64,000 nucleotides of DNA from Phoronis australis. Its lineage: Eukaryota > Animalia > Phoronida. Of the stretch, positions 23,023 to 37,615 are shown piece after piece (position 1 is the first letter of the stretch; each line of letters opens with the position of its first letter). The notes under the pieces are model-generated. The model was not told where the DNA came from. It did not search any database and worked only from the letters and a program-made list of their open reading frames with translations. The DNA lies in contig NMRA01000156.1 in the NCBI GenBank assembly GCA_002633005.1, positions 248,001 through 312,000 of the forward strand, read 5' to 3'. The position numbers were made by a program, and so were the translations under genes.

Positions 23023-26000
23023 AAAATGTCGTTTAAATTTAATACGCCCAGAATTTGTTTTATTTTCATTCATTACTAACAGGAATTATTAGCTTGATTG
23101 GTCCGTCATAACCACCAATTTGCAGTGAACTAGTGAATCTGAATAATCGCCTGGGCATACTTACGGAAAGGGGGACGAGTGTATTTTTGCGAACCGTCAA
23201 ACATTTCACGATGCAAATGTCCTTTTTTATGTAGTTGTAACAATTTTATCCACCCATGCCTTTTTCACAGACAACAAACACATTGCGATAAAATTGTCCT
23301 TCATATTGGGCTAATACGGTTAAGTAACAAAGTCACCCAATATCTTGATAAACGATAGTCACTTGTGTGAAATCGTGATCCCAAAGTAAACAAAAGTTTA
23401 CACCAAAACATTACACATGTATTTTAGAACAATCCATCAGATTCTCAAAACAGGCAAGCAATTACTGAAAATACACTCAGGGCACACTTTTTAGAAACTT
23501 TCCAAAGATACACCGACGGACGTATTTTTGGGAGGGCCTATTTTTGAAATTCCCGTAACGGTGAAGTTGAATCTGTTGGAGTTCACACGTTGCATTTCTG
23601 TGCATGTGGGGAAAAAAGTCCCTCCGTCATGTGTTTTACAGGAAATAAAACTCATCCGTACTATGGCTTACAAGTATTTGCAAGTTCTTACTCGGCAACG
23701 CCTAAGCCACCATGATTGATGAGTTACCCGGTGCATTGACATTGCGTCATTGTTGTCCGGAGACGACTTTGTTACACTTGCATAAGATTTGAAAAAACCT
23801 TTGTTTGACGTAAAAAATTAAACCAGTTTTCGCAGCGCATCATTACTTGTGAAATCATCAAGAACAGCATAGCACATACATGTTGCTATGACGTCACTAC
23901 AACAACAAGACTGCCTGGGTATTAACCCACTAATCAAATCCTTCTAAAGTCTGAAAATTATCAATCTGCCCGCAGACTTGTAATCAAATCTGACGTTCTC
24001 AACATGTGGTCAGACTAAATGACGATACTTGGCATGATAAACCACCAGGAACAAGATCTTATTGAGCTGAAATGAAATGTACCTTTCAAAACATTTGCCA
24101 CTTGCTCCAAACAGTGCTTGTATATCCAATGATGAACAAAACTAAGTCTTCTAGACAACACTTGTCTCACCACTTAGTAGTCAGAATGGAATAAGCCTTC
24201 TAACGCTTGGTTGTCAGATGCAAGGGAAAGGAAATTGGACAGTTTTTAACAGAGAAAAATATATAAAATGTGAAAAATAAAAATAAACTTTTGGAAAGAA
24301 TAAAATTGTTGAAGAAAAACAAACATGTGACCAATGTATACAATTCTTTAGCGTTGCGAAAGCATAAAAGTACCTGTTGCCTGTTCCAATTTCTAACTCT
24401 GGTGTGCATGACTGGTAGAGTTGGTAGGGACGACATCCAATTTCTTTCATTCACGGACATTTCGAAACATTGTACATTTTTGTGAGAATCAACTGAATAT
24501 CGCACAACACAACAGTGGCAATGCCATGGCATGACGGTCACGGGAACTTAAAAAAAAAATACTGAGATATATCCTACTGTATTAAACCCGCACAAGAATG
24601 TGGAACACTCCACCAGCTACGCTATCGCCATCTAGTGACAAGTCAAATCTCATCTTGCTCCTACTTTATGCACTGGAAACTGGCTACTGCAGTCAATTCA
24701 CTTATCAGAAACCGCCATTCAAATCAGACATTATTGCGTTATTGTGCTTAGTTTCTAAATTTTTTTTTTTTGCAAATATAATTCATTTTGGAATTGATGC
24801 GTAATTTGTCAAGTGTATGGCAGGTAAAAGGAAGCCATGCCAACAGATCCTGGCGAACCTTGAAATCAGCTCCACACATGACAATTAAAAAAAATAATTC
24901 ACTAAACCACGAACACCAGTATGTATCCGTAATTCATCATTTGTCATTTTTACAAGACAACATTAATAAAAAATTTTCATTAATTTACTTCATTGTAATA
25001 TCCGGGACAGGCCAAACTTTACTTTCTTGATTTTAATAAAACTAAAGAATAGTAGTGCTGAATTACAATAAATACATCTTACGAAAAATGCATAGAATTA
25101 TAATTCAATCTCATTTCTCAACAAAATTAACAGCAAGTAGACTGCTATTCCAAGTTTCGCGGTATGACACTTTGCAGTGTGGTAATATATTTGAAAACAT
25201 CCGAGTTTTTAACAACGGTCTCGCAAAATCACCTTTTCAAAGTCAAAATCCCGGTTCTGTTTTAGCCGTGAGAAACTGTGTGATTGTCAGGTACTGCTGA
25301 TTGACAAAATTCCGTGCTCGAAAGAACTCCCTGCGCACTTGCCCAATTCGGCCAAAAATTCAACGTAATAGCTGGTAGTCGCCCTGACCCCTGACTTTTG
25401 CCAATTTTCAATTTAAGTGCTCACTGCATGGATAATCGAGGCCAGGACAAGTTTACGGTATTTAGCACACCATATGGCTTTTGTTAATTTCTACACAAAA
25501 GTAAAGATTCAAATGACAATTTCCTCCATTACAAGCACAGTTTACATTGTGTAAATGCCACATAACGGCATTTGTCAACATTATTTCCAAAAAAGTAATC
25601 AGCCATTGCAAAATGGAAAATGACGATTTTGACAATTACTTATGTGTGAAACAAGTGGAAAATTACCACAGATAGGATTTTATTGTTCAACCAAGGACTG
25701 CCCAGCGAATGTAGGTGAACCCAAGCTATCTCAATCTGACCCCTTGTCAAGAGCCTGACAATGTACTAGGGATAATAAACAATCATGCTTGCTAAGAATA
25801 TAACATAATCTACCATCTATCAACTTAATGGTCCCATCATGGCCATTATTTCCAAGAAGACTGCTGGTAAACTGTAGTAGGCAGTTTATCATGCCCCTGT
25901 AGAACTGAGAATTTCTTGTAGAAAGAAGTAGCTAATGTAGAGATTAATTAACAATGATACTCTGACCTTCATTGTAAAATGTCACCAATTTAGGAGGCAA

Positions 26001-29000
26001 AATGGGCAGAATAAGTGAAATTAATGTTTTTTGTAAATGATAAAACCGTCATCATTTTAAGCTCTATAGCATCAGATGTTTTGAGAAATTAGGGAGCCTG
26101 CCACAAGCCTTTGAAAACTGAATAAGATAGATTTTGGCACCTGTCTGAAATTGGTGATATTTAACCACAATATTTTCAGCAACGAATATCTCTGTATACT
26201 TTTGCAAGAACAGAAGGGTGCATAGTAATGGGAAGTACATGCGCTGATGCATGTTTTTATATGGGTGGCCAGGGAAGTCAAATGCATAGAAACCAGGCAT
26301 AGCAAGCACCAAAACAAATGTTTTTTCTCTCGCAAAGTCTTCCATTCGTCTTACTAAGCTACTAGGGAGCAATACAAAGCACTGAAAATCATTGACCATG
26401 ACTGTGAAGATCTTTAGCAAATTACTAGTTCCAGACTAACACAAAGACCCACATATTTTCAGCACATCCTGATCGAGTGCGCGCAAGCGTGTAAGATGCA
26501 CCAAGCGTTTAAGGTATACGCAAGTGCACTTGCACTCGCTACTTTCAAACGGCCAATTGAAATTTGGCCAGTAATAAGTAAATTGGATGTAAGCGTCCTA
26601 CACCAAGACCCAAAATTTGCAAGTAACCAGCGTCGACTGGTGCTACGAATCCTTCATCATTCACTATGCAGAGACGTCACGTATCGTCAGGTACCTCAGT
26701 GATGCCGTGTACTCGACTGACAGACCATTGTATTCGGTTAATGAAACTTCACGCATGGTCGACGTCGTCAGCAGCCATTTGAGGCACGTGACCGCAGACT
26801 AGGCAGGCACCTTCGGTGATAGAGGTCCTGCTTGTGCCAAAAGACGAGTGCACATCCATATAACCAGGGTGCTTGGTCAGAGATGGTGGGCAACTGGAGG
26901 GAAATGAACAAGGAACAGGGACAGTGGAGGACATTGACCGATTATTAAATTGACACAAAAAGATGACAGACAGGTCAGAGATACTCCCAGAAAACAGCAA
27001 TTCCAATGATGTAGAGATATGAAAAATGAAGAAAGCAGTAATGAAAGTTCAAATCACATTCAACTATTACATTATTTTGTCTTCTTTCGTTCAAATCGAA
27101 TGTTTCTGCAGAATTAGGACAAAAATAAAATGAATGCTGTAAAAGAAATTCAAGAAATGAATGGATGAAATATTCATCGTTTTCACAAAAAAGAAAGACA
27201 TTTTTTCTACAATTTCACCGCAAAAAAGGGGGCCATCAACCGTGAAAAGCTATCATTGAAGTCTTCAGCTGCAAGGGCAATTTATGAATTCACACCATTA
27301 CACTTGACAACAGAAAGAAATTAGCATTCAGCTTTTCAGCCGGATCTAATTTCCAATTTCTGAGAGTAATTGTCTAAAAATGACACAGCGATGAGGGTAA
27401 TAGCTTACAAACACAGAATGAGTAGTTGAAAATGAGGTCTGCTAAATCGTTCTTTGACGTCATGTTACGGCTAATCGAAGATTGGTAGGTGAACTCCATT
27501 TCAAACACACTATCACGTAAGCGCTGATGGTGTAGATTTACAATGACAAAATGAAATGTGTACACAACTACATTACACACTCTTAGGCTCTTTGTCGACA
27601 ATAAAACCCATTTTAAGGACATGTATACAAACGCGAGTTCTGCAAAAATACACGCCAATTCCTGAATTCTCACAGAATTGTTACCACACGTGTTCAACAG
27701 ACATTTCTGAGAACCAAACTGCCATTGGTTTACATGATAACAAGTTCCATAAAAACGATGACAAATAAACAATGCTTTGCATGACAAGATTGTGTTCTGC
27801 ACAACCCGTTACAATTTGTTCGTGCCCTGCCCATCGGCACTGGCCGCATGTTTGAATGACCCGTGACCTGTTTAAAAAAAGCGACCAGTTTGGAAAAAAG
27901 GCATCTCTGTAATGGCATATACAATGTCTTAATTGCTTTAAATTGGGCTTAGCAATAGCTAGCCATAGACCATAACCAAATGAAGGGCAACAGTGAAGGC
28001 GCAGGTAAATGCACAAACCCACTGCGAGTACACTTGCACTACAGAGAATGTTGGCTGCCGTGCAGTTACGGCTCCTTAGTAGATGTTCCCCTTCAGGTTT
28101 TCAACCGTGATGGTATCGTGCAAGAGCAGAACATCTTGAATTGACAAACTAAACGATGCGGGGAGTATCTGACCCGATATTGGAGGATGTTGTGTATGAC
28201 TGCTGCAAGCTCTACTTTCATTAAGAAAACTATTCTGACTTAGACCATCTAGAATTGTGACATTAGTCTCAAATAGTACCTTATTCAAAGTAAAGGTCGT
28301 TTCTGGGCTTGGAAAACCCCGGCAAGACATCACGGCTCATAATGAGGGAGAAGGTAATTGTACACAATCAATCACTAATGACGTTTCATTTTGGCACACG
28401 ATATGGTGGACAGGTGAAATTTCAATTTCTCAAATTTCTCAACACAAAATAAGTTTTCAGGAAAATCTACTTTGCTTTTAGTAAGATGAGTATGGTAAAA
28501 TTTTGAAAATTTGAAACAATGTGGTAAACCCCTGAAAAAAGAAAGATGGTAATTTCAGCAATTCTTTTTGTCCCAAATTGACAAATTTTTACCACACTTT
28601 GTGAATAAGGTCTAGGAGAACAGTAATTAATGCCTAAGTATCTCTTGTTGGAAGTTTGCATCCTTAGCAAAGGTAATGCCAAAAAGGCTAACTGCTGGTC
28701 AGCGAAACTGTACTATTTGAACAAAACTTAGGTAAACAATAAATCGTAATTAAAAACTCCAATTTACTTTCGTCAAATATTCAATGGAATCGGACAATTA
28801 ATACCTATCAAACAGGTCAACGTTTTAACATGTTTATTAAGAAAAATATTACGTACATTAAATGGAGCTGAGCCCAGAAAGCGTCACAAAGCAATATATC
28901 TGGGGGCTGACTATCAAAGAGTCAATTATCTTTTGACTTTTGGGTAAAAATCAGTCTAGGGTTGGCTCAGCCTTTTTTTACAAAATCAACTCAAAATCAT

Positions 29001-29502
29001 AACAGTAATCTGGAGAGCCTGCTCCGGAACAGACTCAAAGTGAAAAGACAAAATAATCCACTAATGGCCATAGTCTCTTAGACTTACAGGTTACAGGTGT
29101 CAACTTGTAACTTACGTTGATGTGAAGTAAAACCTGGTATTGGGACGATCTTTAGGTAGCATAACATGGCTGCTAGTATACAAGTTTTAGGAAGCTATGG
29201 GGGCTGGTCACACACAGTAGGGACCAGTAACTCTGATCGCCACCTGGCTGCCCCAGTGGGTACTTCTCCTTCACAGCAAGTTTGATTTGGGAACGCGTTT
29301 GACTTCATGAAAGGACCCTTTACAGTGTATGCGATTAGACGTGATGTGTTTTAAACATAATTGAAATTACATCTTCGTCCTGTAGATGCCACTGTTGCCC
29401 GGTTCCACGTGAACTGTTGCCATGTTGCTACTTAAAGGTCTCCCATTGGTTCCATGACTGAACACTAGATGGAGTGACAAAGGCTTTAGGACGACAACTT
29501 AC

Positions 29503-29642
29503 CTGTGCTTGCAGCGCGTACTGATCGTCAATGGCCGAGGCATTGTCACGTGATACTTTTAACAATGGACGTTTGTGCCGAACTCTACGAACACTGAGGA
29601 ATCGCCGACCATGGGGGAAATGACTACTTCCTCCTTGGCACT
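29503..29642 (-). CDS. PDE7: PDE7 coding exon (140 nt, E-CQGGSSHFPHGRRFLSVRR...AIDDQYALQAQ)
   Basis: ttcccag acceptor and gtaagt donor, phase 1/0. RRFLSVRR and IDDQYALQAQ align with PDE7 RRLLSFQR and LDDDYNGQAK. Confidence 0.87.
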
Positions 29643-31484
29643 CTGGGAAAATTTCAATTAATGTAACTGCATCATTCAAGATAAACCAATAATTTACGGA
29701 ACGCAATTTGAGGTTTAACTTTAATTTCATTTCAACTTCAGTTGAAAGTAATGAGATTTTGAACGACCAGACATGAGCTGCGACCCATTGTGTCACAGGT
29801 CGTCTGTGGTTTCGGCTAAGACATTTGTAACTTCTATTCTAATTAAACAATTAATTATGTGACTTGTGAGTTGTCATTAAGTCAAAAGTTAGTCGTATTC
29901 GCAATATCATGCCAATGACCATCTTGGCTACAGCCGGGTGTACGGCTTTTAAAAAATGGGTCTCTGCTGTACAAGTTCCATAGTCACCTAAAACATCGTA
30001 GATGTCGACACAGAAGAAGTTCCACAATGCTGTTCTTACGTAAAACTTGTTACAAGTTAGAAGTCAATGACTTCAAACACAATTCTTACCATCTGCACCT
30101 AAAGGAAATATGATATTTCTTGCAAAACCAATCTTTATTCAATTAGAGTAGACGGGGAAAACCAGGGGGGAATTATTCAGTGTTCTTTCGTACCTGGGCA
30201 TTTTAATTGGCAAGATTGAAAATATGAGGGTGGGAAAATGGTGATTTAATTCAGACATTTGAAGATCGGAAGGGGCACTTACACGTACATGGGCACTTAA
30301 CCCGAGTCAGGCAGTGACCCTAATCCCCTATGCCCCTCAAAATTGAAGTCCACAGACCCCAAGTTCAAAGAATTTAACGCACAGTGAAGCTGCCGACGTG
30401 AAAGTTGAATCAGCGCTCACAAACCAAAGGGTGAATCCAAGGAGCTAAGTATGCGGCTTAAATCAAGAGAAAATACACGCCGCAAAATATCTGGCAAAAT
30501 TCTAGGACTGGCCTGCCATATTAATTTAATGCCACCAAAACTAGTGAAAATGGAAAGGTGGATAAATTTAAGGGCATAATCGCAGTTAAAATTTTGAAAA
30601 AGTTTGTCATAAAAACTTCTGCTCCTACCTGAACGGTGTAATGACGCGCAGGAACAGTGCAGTGCAAGTTTCACAAGGAAATGTCTTGCGCCTTATGTTG
30701 GTCATGTATTCATAAGTATTTTGAATGGACTAAAAAGCCTCAAAATATTTAGACTTTGTATAGGTTTCCATTGCTGGTTGATTTGAGTTTGCTCTGTTGG
30801 CACCGAGTACATACCATGTATGGGAACAAGAGCAATGTGGAGCGTTGAAATGTGCCCACGATAACACCGAAAACGGTGTGCTTCTATGGATATTTTAATA
30901 TCATTAAAATGGCCATTAGATGGCACAAAATGCATCAAACACATTCGAATTGAGAAGGTCTCAGTAAAACAAAACTATTTGCCAAATTTCATGAAAATAA
31001 GACAAGGAACTCCTAAGATTTACTGAGGCAAGTGTAAAAAACAATTGACATTAGGTGGCACATAGTCCGACCAGTCTGAATTATTCAGGCGACAAAAAGA
31101 AGAACATTGCTTCATTAGCATATAGTCTCCCAGATCCCTGATAGGTAGTTTCAAAAAGATTTTGGATGGATCTGATATTTTCAAATTTGCTGATTATTCC
31201 AGTCATATATACCCCACATGTGCTTACAATCCACCTTTCATGGATCCTACTAAGGTTACGCCTTCAATTCCAAAGAGTTTTCCAAAAAAGACTTCCAGGA
31301 TAAAATTTTCATATTCCAAGAGCAATTTAATCCACAGAAATGCAGACTAAGTAGTAATTTTACCATTGACTGTTGCCAAGGCGACCATGAACCCATACAA
31401 AGGTTCACAAAATAAGGGTCTTATAAGTTTTACTTGAGTTTACCCCTTTTCCATTTTCTTTCAATTGTTCATGAATGGTAACTA

Positions 31485-32994
31485 CTGTATTTGCCGTAAT
31501 AACAGCCCATTCCCCTATAAGCGCCCCCCCACGCGTTTTCAGACTTTGCTAAAATAAGCGCCCAGTCCATGAACGTGAACATGCGAAAAATGTCTTACCT
31601 ACAGTCCTAAAATTCTACAGTAATGTCTTCAATTTATCAATAATATCCGACAGTCCTGAAAAAAATCATTGTGCGCAGAATTTGTAGACCACGAGCCTCG
31701 CCGCTATCTCGGTATTTAGCCGTGACTATACACTTCAAACTTCCGCCATGCCTCAAAAACGAACATAAAATTTCTGCTGACATTGCGAGGACCAATGGTC
31801 TGGCCTTTCAGAACAGAAGTAGTGTACTTGCCTATGGGATTGCTTTGTAGATATTTCCCGCTTTCAACAGGAATCCAAATTTCTTTGCAGGCCTACACGT
31901 GAAAACCGCGAATCGAAGACTAATAAAAAGCTTGGCCAGTGTTAAAAGCACGTGGCTAGGAAGCGCGCGCTACATACATGAACCTGTCATCAAAGACGTT
32001 AGTCAGGAACTATCCATTCATGAAACGGGTAGCATAGCATCGGCAAGAAATGAATATTGGCACTAATTTCCGACAGTTTCTAATATTATAAAAAATGTTT
32101 GCGTTATTTTTAAGATGAATGGTTTGATTAACCATAATTGGTGTTTTTAAGCCAAATATCCGATAAAATGACAACTGACAGTGAATGCTTACACACCCTT
32201 ACACCGAAAAATAACTGTCAGATAGTCAAGTACGCCGCATTCATCCACACGGCGACTAATATGGCCTTACCGAGACAAATTTCGAACGTTTTTAGCACAT
32301 GAGACCGGCAAGTGCTGAAACACGCTCTGGTTTAGGCCTACTGCTTGTGCAAATTTCTGTAGATACAATGCACATCTAGCTCGTTAGATTGCGTGGCTCT
32401 GGCCAAAAATTCAGTATCTGCTCTGGCAAATGAACTCTGGTGACACGCACACGGTCGCTCACTCACAAACGCAGACAACTTCAAAACAAACGTCACGTGA
32501 CAACAACGTGTGTGTTCGTCCAGACATTTTCTCATGTTGCCGATCATACATGTAGATGGCACGATGTAGTAGCACATATCTGTGCTTAAACGTGCCATTA
32601 TCCCAACTACACGGGAACTTAAAAATCTTAGGGACGCTACTTGGAAAACTTAAGGGGGATTTCAGGTAATTTGCTCGAGTCGAAACAGTATTTTTATTCA
32701 AGCATTCAAGTCGCCATATCGACGATTGTGAGGCAGGCAGTCGGCGAGTTTTCGCCCTGGAATTTCAGCACAATTTTCTGTAAAATGATCGTAATTTAGC
32801 AGCAGAGTTTGATAGCAATGCACCACGGTTTTGTAGAAAGTGTTTCATAGATTACAGATACGTCACAGAGCGTAAATATGCTTTTGATTTCACCCATTTC
32901 GGAGACTGGGTTTCAATGGCCTTGGGTTATAATAAGCGCCCCCCTTCAAACAAACTTTTGTAAGCGCCCTGGACGGTTATTACGGCAAATACGG
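31485..32994. mobile_element. Non-autonomous Tc1/mariner (pogo/Tigger-like) element, ~1.5 kb
   Basis: TA|CTGTATTTGCCGTAATAAC...GTTATTACGGCAAATACGG|TA, with sub-terminal TAAGCGCCC repeats at both ends. No transposase ORF. Confidence 0.85.
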
Positions 32995-33055
32995 TACTCA
33001 AAATTTTAGGTCTTTCATTTTTAAAACACGAGCAGGACCCCCCCAAGCGACTCAC

Positions 33056-33160
33056 CTCGTATAAGGTGGAGATCCGCTGCACTCAAACTTGTTCTTCTAT
33101 CCGCCGTCAACTGGTCAACGGGGGGAGCATACTCCTTTCGCGATCGTAGCTTCACATCGC
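33056..33160 (-). CDS. PDE7: PDE7 coding exon (105 nt, G-DVKLRSRKEYAPPVDQLTADRRTSLSAADLHLIR-E)
   Basis: ttgcag acceptor and gtgagt donor, phase 1/1. Resembles PDE7A GDVRVRS...ERRGS...DFRIF. Confidence 0.88.
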
Positions 33161-35363
33161 CTGCAATGCAGCCAGTGCATACATTTCCCATGATGCTCGC
33201 CTCAAAATGTCCACCGCCAACGAGTTGGCAGACCAACATATCACGTTGGAGCACACAAAACACACCCAGGGTATGCACTCTGTGGGCACTATTTCAACTA
33301 AGGGCTGATATTGTGTCAATGTCCATATCCCCAGAGGCTGACTGATTATCTGTTGCTTGGCAAATGGGCCTACGTTCGAGACTATCCATGTCTGTTACGC
33401 AGGATGCGTTTAGTCCACGTTTTGCCGCACTAGCACGCTGCCTGCAGGGAAATTCCGTACAGTGGCCTTAACTCTCTCATCAAGCCGCAGAGCTCTGTGA
33501 ATGAACCAAAACATTGACTGAGCGTGACTCATCGGCCCCCGGCACAGCCATTAAATCACTAACAAGCTATTTTTCTATATCACAATAATTAAATGGAATT
33601 ACGGGTGAAATCTGCTTACTCTACTTTGTGCAATGAGCATAATATTGTCAATCGATGGTTTGGAGTGCAGTGCCACTATTTCCTCAAGGACTTAAAATTG
33701 TTCACAGAAGGGTGGGATTTGCAATGCGCAGCCGTGTTCATACGAAAAGGCACACCGAACGGAAGTTCTCTTGAAATACTGATTTACAACACATGTGCAG
33801 AGACAACAGAAGCTTTCCATCCCCTTGAAGACACTTTTCTAGGCTGTTAAGCAAGTAAATAGACAATCACCGTTTAGCATCCTAGAAGATTCCTGCCAAC
33901 AACTACTGAGTTAGTAGTACACGATTTTGTGGCAATTTCAATTTTGTATTCAATGTTTCAATGCCAGTTTGGATTTACTGTTTTACCATGGACTGCAGTA
34001 CCACTTGAAGGAATATAGATAACTAATCAGTATTTGTGGATGGGCAATGTTTGATCCTTTTCTAAACCAAGTGCCATCTCTAGCGACATCTCTTGCCTAC
34101 AGCCAGACAATCATCTGCTGTATATTCTGTTACCTCTCAGGCCACAAGAGTACACTTCCCATGAGGCTACTGCTGGACGAAACAAACAAGAGATTCTTGC
34201 TAAGCATTGATGGCCACCGGTCACATAGGACTGATGACCCCAGCTGCCACCTGTTTGCATATGCCTGAACTAAATACTTCAAGGAAAGTGAAATAAGGAC
34301 GTACCATTATCTACCAAACTCGTCGAGGTTAACACCCACATTTTGCTTAACGCCCACCGCTAAATTTCTGAATTTTCATTTTTCAATGTCCACGCTTGAT
34401 TTAACCCCCATCCCCAACTTATACTAGCAAAGCTTTGTCCTTTGAGTTAGGATTAGTCACTTTCAACACAACCTTGTCCTACTGGAGTGAGTAAAATACC
34501 CACTCTCTACTAGAGGAGAAACGAAACGGTTCTTTTGGTTCATTTTCATTCTATTTATCGAGCTCTTGTGTAAGAAATGTTAAAGGCAATCATACGGGCA
34601 AATGGATCGTTGGCGTAAACGACCAGCCCAGACTTCTCAAAATTTTCTTTTGTTCTGCGGTTAATGCCAGCCCCATCACTAAGGCAAAATGTACACACTC
34701 TGAAGATATAAGAATAATAAGAAACAAATCAAAAAAATTGCATGTAACTGCAGACAAAAATATTCGCTAAAATTGCCATATCGCTGTTTTTCATTGCTGC
34801 AATTACTCAAAATATAATCAAGCGTCGTTTGGTAATAGCTACACGTATGCCACATAAACAACGCTAAAAGTAAAGTAAATTTTTCAGAGATATTTTTGTT
34901 GAGGAGCTTGACAAAATGAAAGCTCACCTCTCTGCCATAGTGCATCTCAAAATGCAAATTTTAACCAAAATTGCTACACTGGGACGTACTAACTGCGGTA
35001 GAAAAACTTCAGCAAAAGCCAAACTTCTGACTTCAGCCTGAAGTCATATTTCACCAGTTCTGTGTTCTCATTCTGTGCGCCACACAAACATTATTTTGAA
35101 GTTTCCACGGCAATGATTTATCATCTGGTAATCAAAAACTTAAGATGTTTGTTTACTTTTTTGCACATGGTCTGTCAGCAACGACAACAACCCCTGGACA
35201 GAACAGTGAAAACAAGCCAAAGCAAGCTGGCGGCGGGAATTTTTATGCTCTACATGAACAGAGGTCTAATTTTTGACACAGCTATTTGTCCCAGGGTCGA
35301 GGGGATTATTACTAAACCTCAGAAAGTTTTGTCTCTTCATTGTCACTCATATGTTATCCATTG

Positions 35364-35393
35364 CTGTGCGTGCGTGTGTGCATGCATGCGTGT

Positions 35394-35438
<45 letters not shown>

Positions 35439-35444
35439 CGTGTG
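35364..35444. repeat. (TG)n/(TGCG)n microsatellite
   Basis: Directly visible. Confidence 0.95.
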
Positions 35445-37554
35445 AGCATCTGCCCTAGAAACGTGTGATCAAACTGACACGTACAAGCGGGAGTGAATGA
35501 GCCCGTTAATTTAGACACGGGTTTTATTGGATCCTCAACTTGTTCTTAGAAGATAAAAAACTCCAGCTAAGAGGCAGACGACCACAAACAGGAGTTTTAT
35601 CACATTCCTGCACATCCATGACCACCGTTCAAGTATTAAAACTATAAGACTGGTGCTTTTCGACATTTTTTGGTTCTGGAATATTTCAAAGTTGGCGCCT
35701 TAATCACCGATGAAAATCAGTTCTAAGCAATTGCATAGTTACATTTTAACACATTTTTTAGAATTGTTATAAAATGTCATTGTGGTGTACTGCGTCTAGA
35801 CGAAAAGTTTCACTGTGATCACTTAAACTTTCTACGATATCTTCTTTTGAGTTAGTCTTCTGAAATATCAAAAGAACTAGATTCAAGTAGAGCTACAGTA
35901 CGAGATGCAAGTAATTGGACAAGATGCCGTTTTCCACTCATGACGGTTAATTCTATTAACGGTAATAGGCGGATACGTAATGTGCCCGCAATTGAGAATC
36001 AGTTTTCTTCACCGAATAGTGAGCATCAAACCACTTCTCATTATGTGAGCACGTTATATCCGACTATTGCCATGTTAACAGCAAATCGACTGGTAATAAC
36101 TATTAGGGCGCGGAAATTCGAATTGCAAAATGGCTGAGCTATGTCCCGTTAATTCCCCTTCATTCTCAGTCATCAGGGGAGACTACTCTGACAAGGAATT
36201 TAGCTTCTGCTCAGCCATCATGACAGGGAATTCTGGGTCATTTTGTTTGAATACTTTTGGCGTGCACTGTATGTAACACCAGAGAGGATAACGTGAAAAG
36301 CCGTGAACAGGAGTGAAGACCATTTCATTGTTGCAAGTGAAAGTTTGAACGAAAACTGGGCCTGTTTCATAAAAAATGACTCATAAAAATGACTCATGGT
36401 GATTGTTTGAAACTTTGTATCACACTCCCGCTTCGCCAAAAGTTTATTGCAATGTACTTGCTAGCATACCACAGCAGTATTCTATGCAAATTATCTGACT
36501 ACTTATTAAAACGATACCAAACCTGGTTTTGGCCTATTAAACAGATACTAAAAACGACTTTTCTATCCAGTTCTCTGAAGCAAAATAATGCTCTGTAACC
36601 CTCGACAACTGTCACAAGTTTGGAGGAAAATTTGAAAACTCATTTCAAAGTCTGCTAAACGGGCAAGCATGACCTAGGACACTCTTAGTGAATTACAAGG
36701 CAAATTTGGGAAAGACAATCCGAGGACCATCATGTCCAATCTATGACATAGGGAGTATGAGTTTTTAAGTCTATTCCTGCCTTTAAGTTGGAAGATTGAT
36801 GTCAATGACGCATTAGAAGGTGACAGAACGAGGATTGGTGGAAATCATCAAAACAGAGTTAAGTATCCTAGATTCCTTTTGTTTAAATTGTCATGTCACT
36901 TTCCCACCAATTCCTCCGTTTTAGGAATTTCAGTCAGTGGAAAAGGCTACGGGACTTAAAACTCAAAATAAGTGGATTAAACTGTGGAGTTACACAATTC
37001 TCCTACAATGAGAAAGGCGGGAGTAATTGTTAGGGGACGCCAAATGTAACACACACATCCAATCAATAGCACGAATCAACTATACCACCTGGTGGTAAAT
37101 CCCTAGAACTAGTAATAACTCCCAGGTCATTACCAGTGAGGAGAAAGGTAAGAAGAGTTTTGATGGAGTTGCCATACACTGAAGTATTGCTAATGAGAAA
37201 GCGACAACGGACTAAGTACTTTCCAGAATTGGGATTAATATCAAAAGAAGTTGTGACTCGCTAAGAAAAAGAAAAACTCTTCAGTTCAGTATACAATATC
37301 GACAACTGCATTCGGTCAAATTTTCCGACAAAAATAATTTAAGTGAATTACTTTTAGCCAACTGTAAATTTTGCCCACTTGCAGCAATGCAGTAAGCCTC
37401 TGAAAAAAACAATAAAACAACCACTTTACAATTCATTTTTGTCCTAACATGTTTTTACAGTATTTGCTTCCTGTTGAGGTTGTGCTCTCAAGAGGATCGA
37501 AAACTATAGTAGTGCATGCATTGTACTTTTCTGACTCAAACAAAAAGTGCTTAC

Positions 37555-37615
37555 CTAGCATTCGCAGGTACTGGGCCTTCTTATCAGCTCGATCATACGA
37601 TATACCACCTCGCCT
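37555..37615 (-). CDS. PDE7: PDE7-family cAMP phosphodiesterase, most 5' coding exon identified (61 nt, RRGGISYDRADKKAQYLRML-G)
   Basis: ctctttcag acceptor and gtaagc donor, phase 0/1. The peptide matches the vertebrate PDE7 N-terminal [21 protein letters not shown] (recalled). Confidence 0.92.

Noticed and set aside
26480-28045. CpG-rich stretch with weak GCAAGTGCACTTGCACTCGC / GCGAGTACACTTGCACT end similarity, and a short ORF 27006-26749
   Set aside because: Possibly a transposon remnant, but I could not define TIRs, a TSD or a protein motif. No PDE7 exon is needed here because 29503 splices in phase to 20051.
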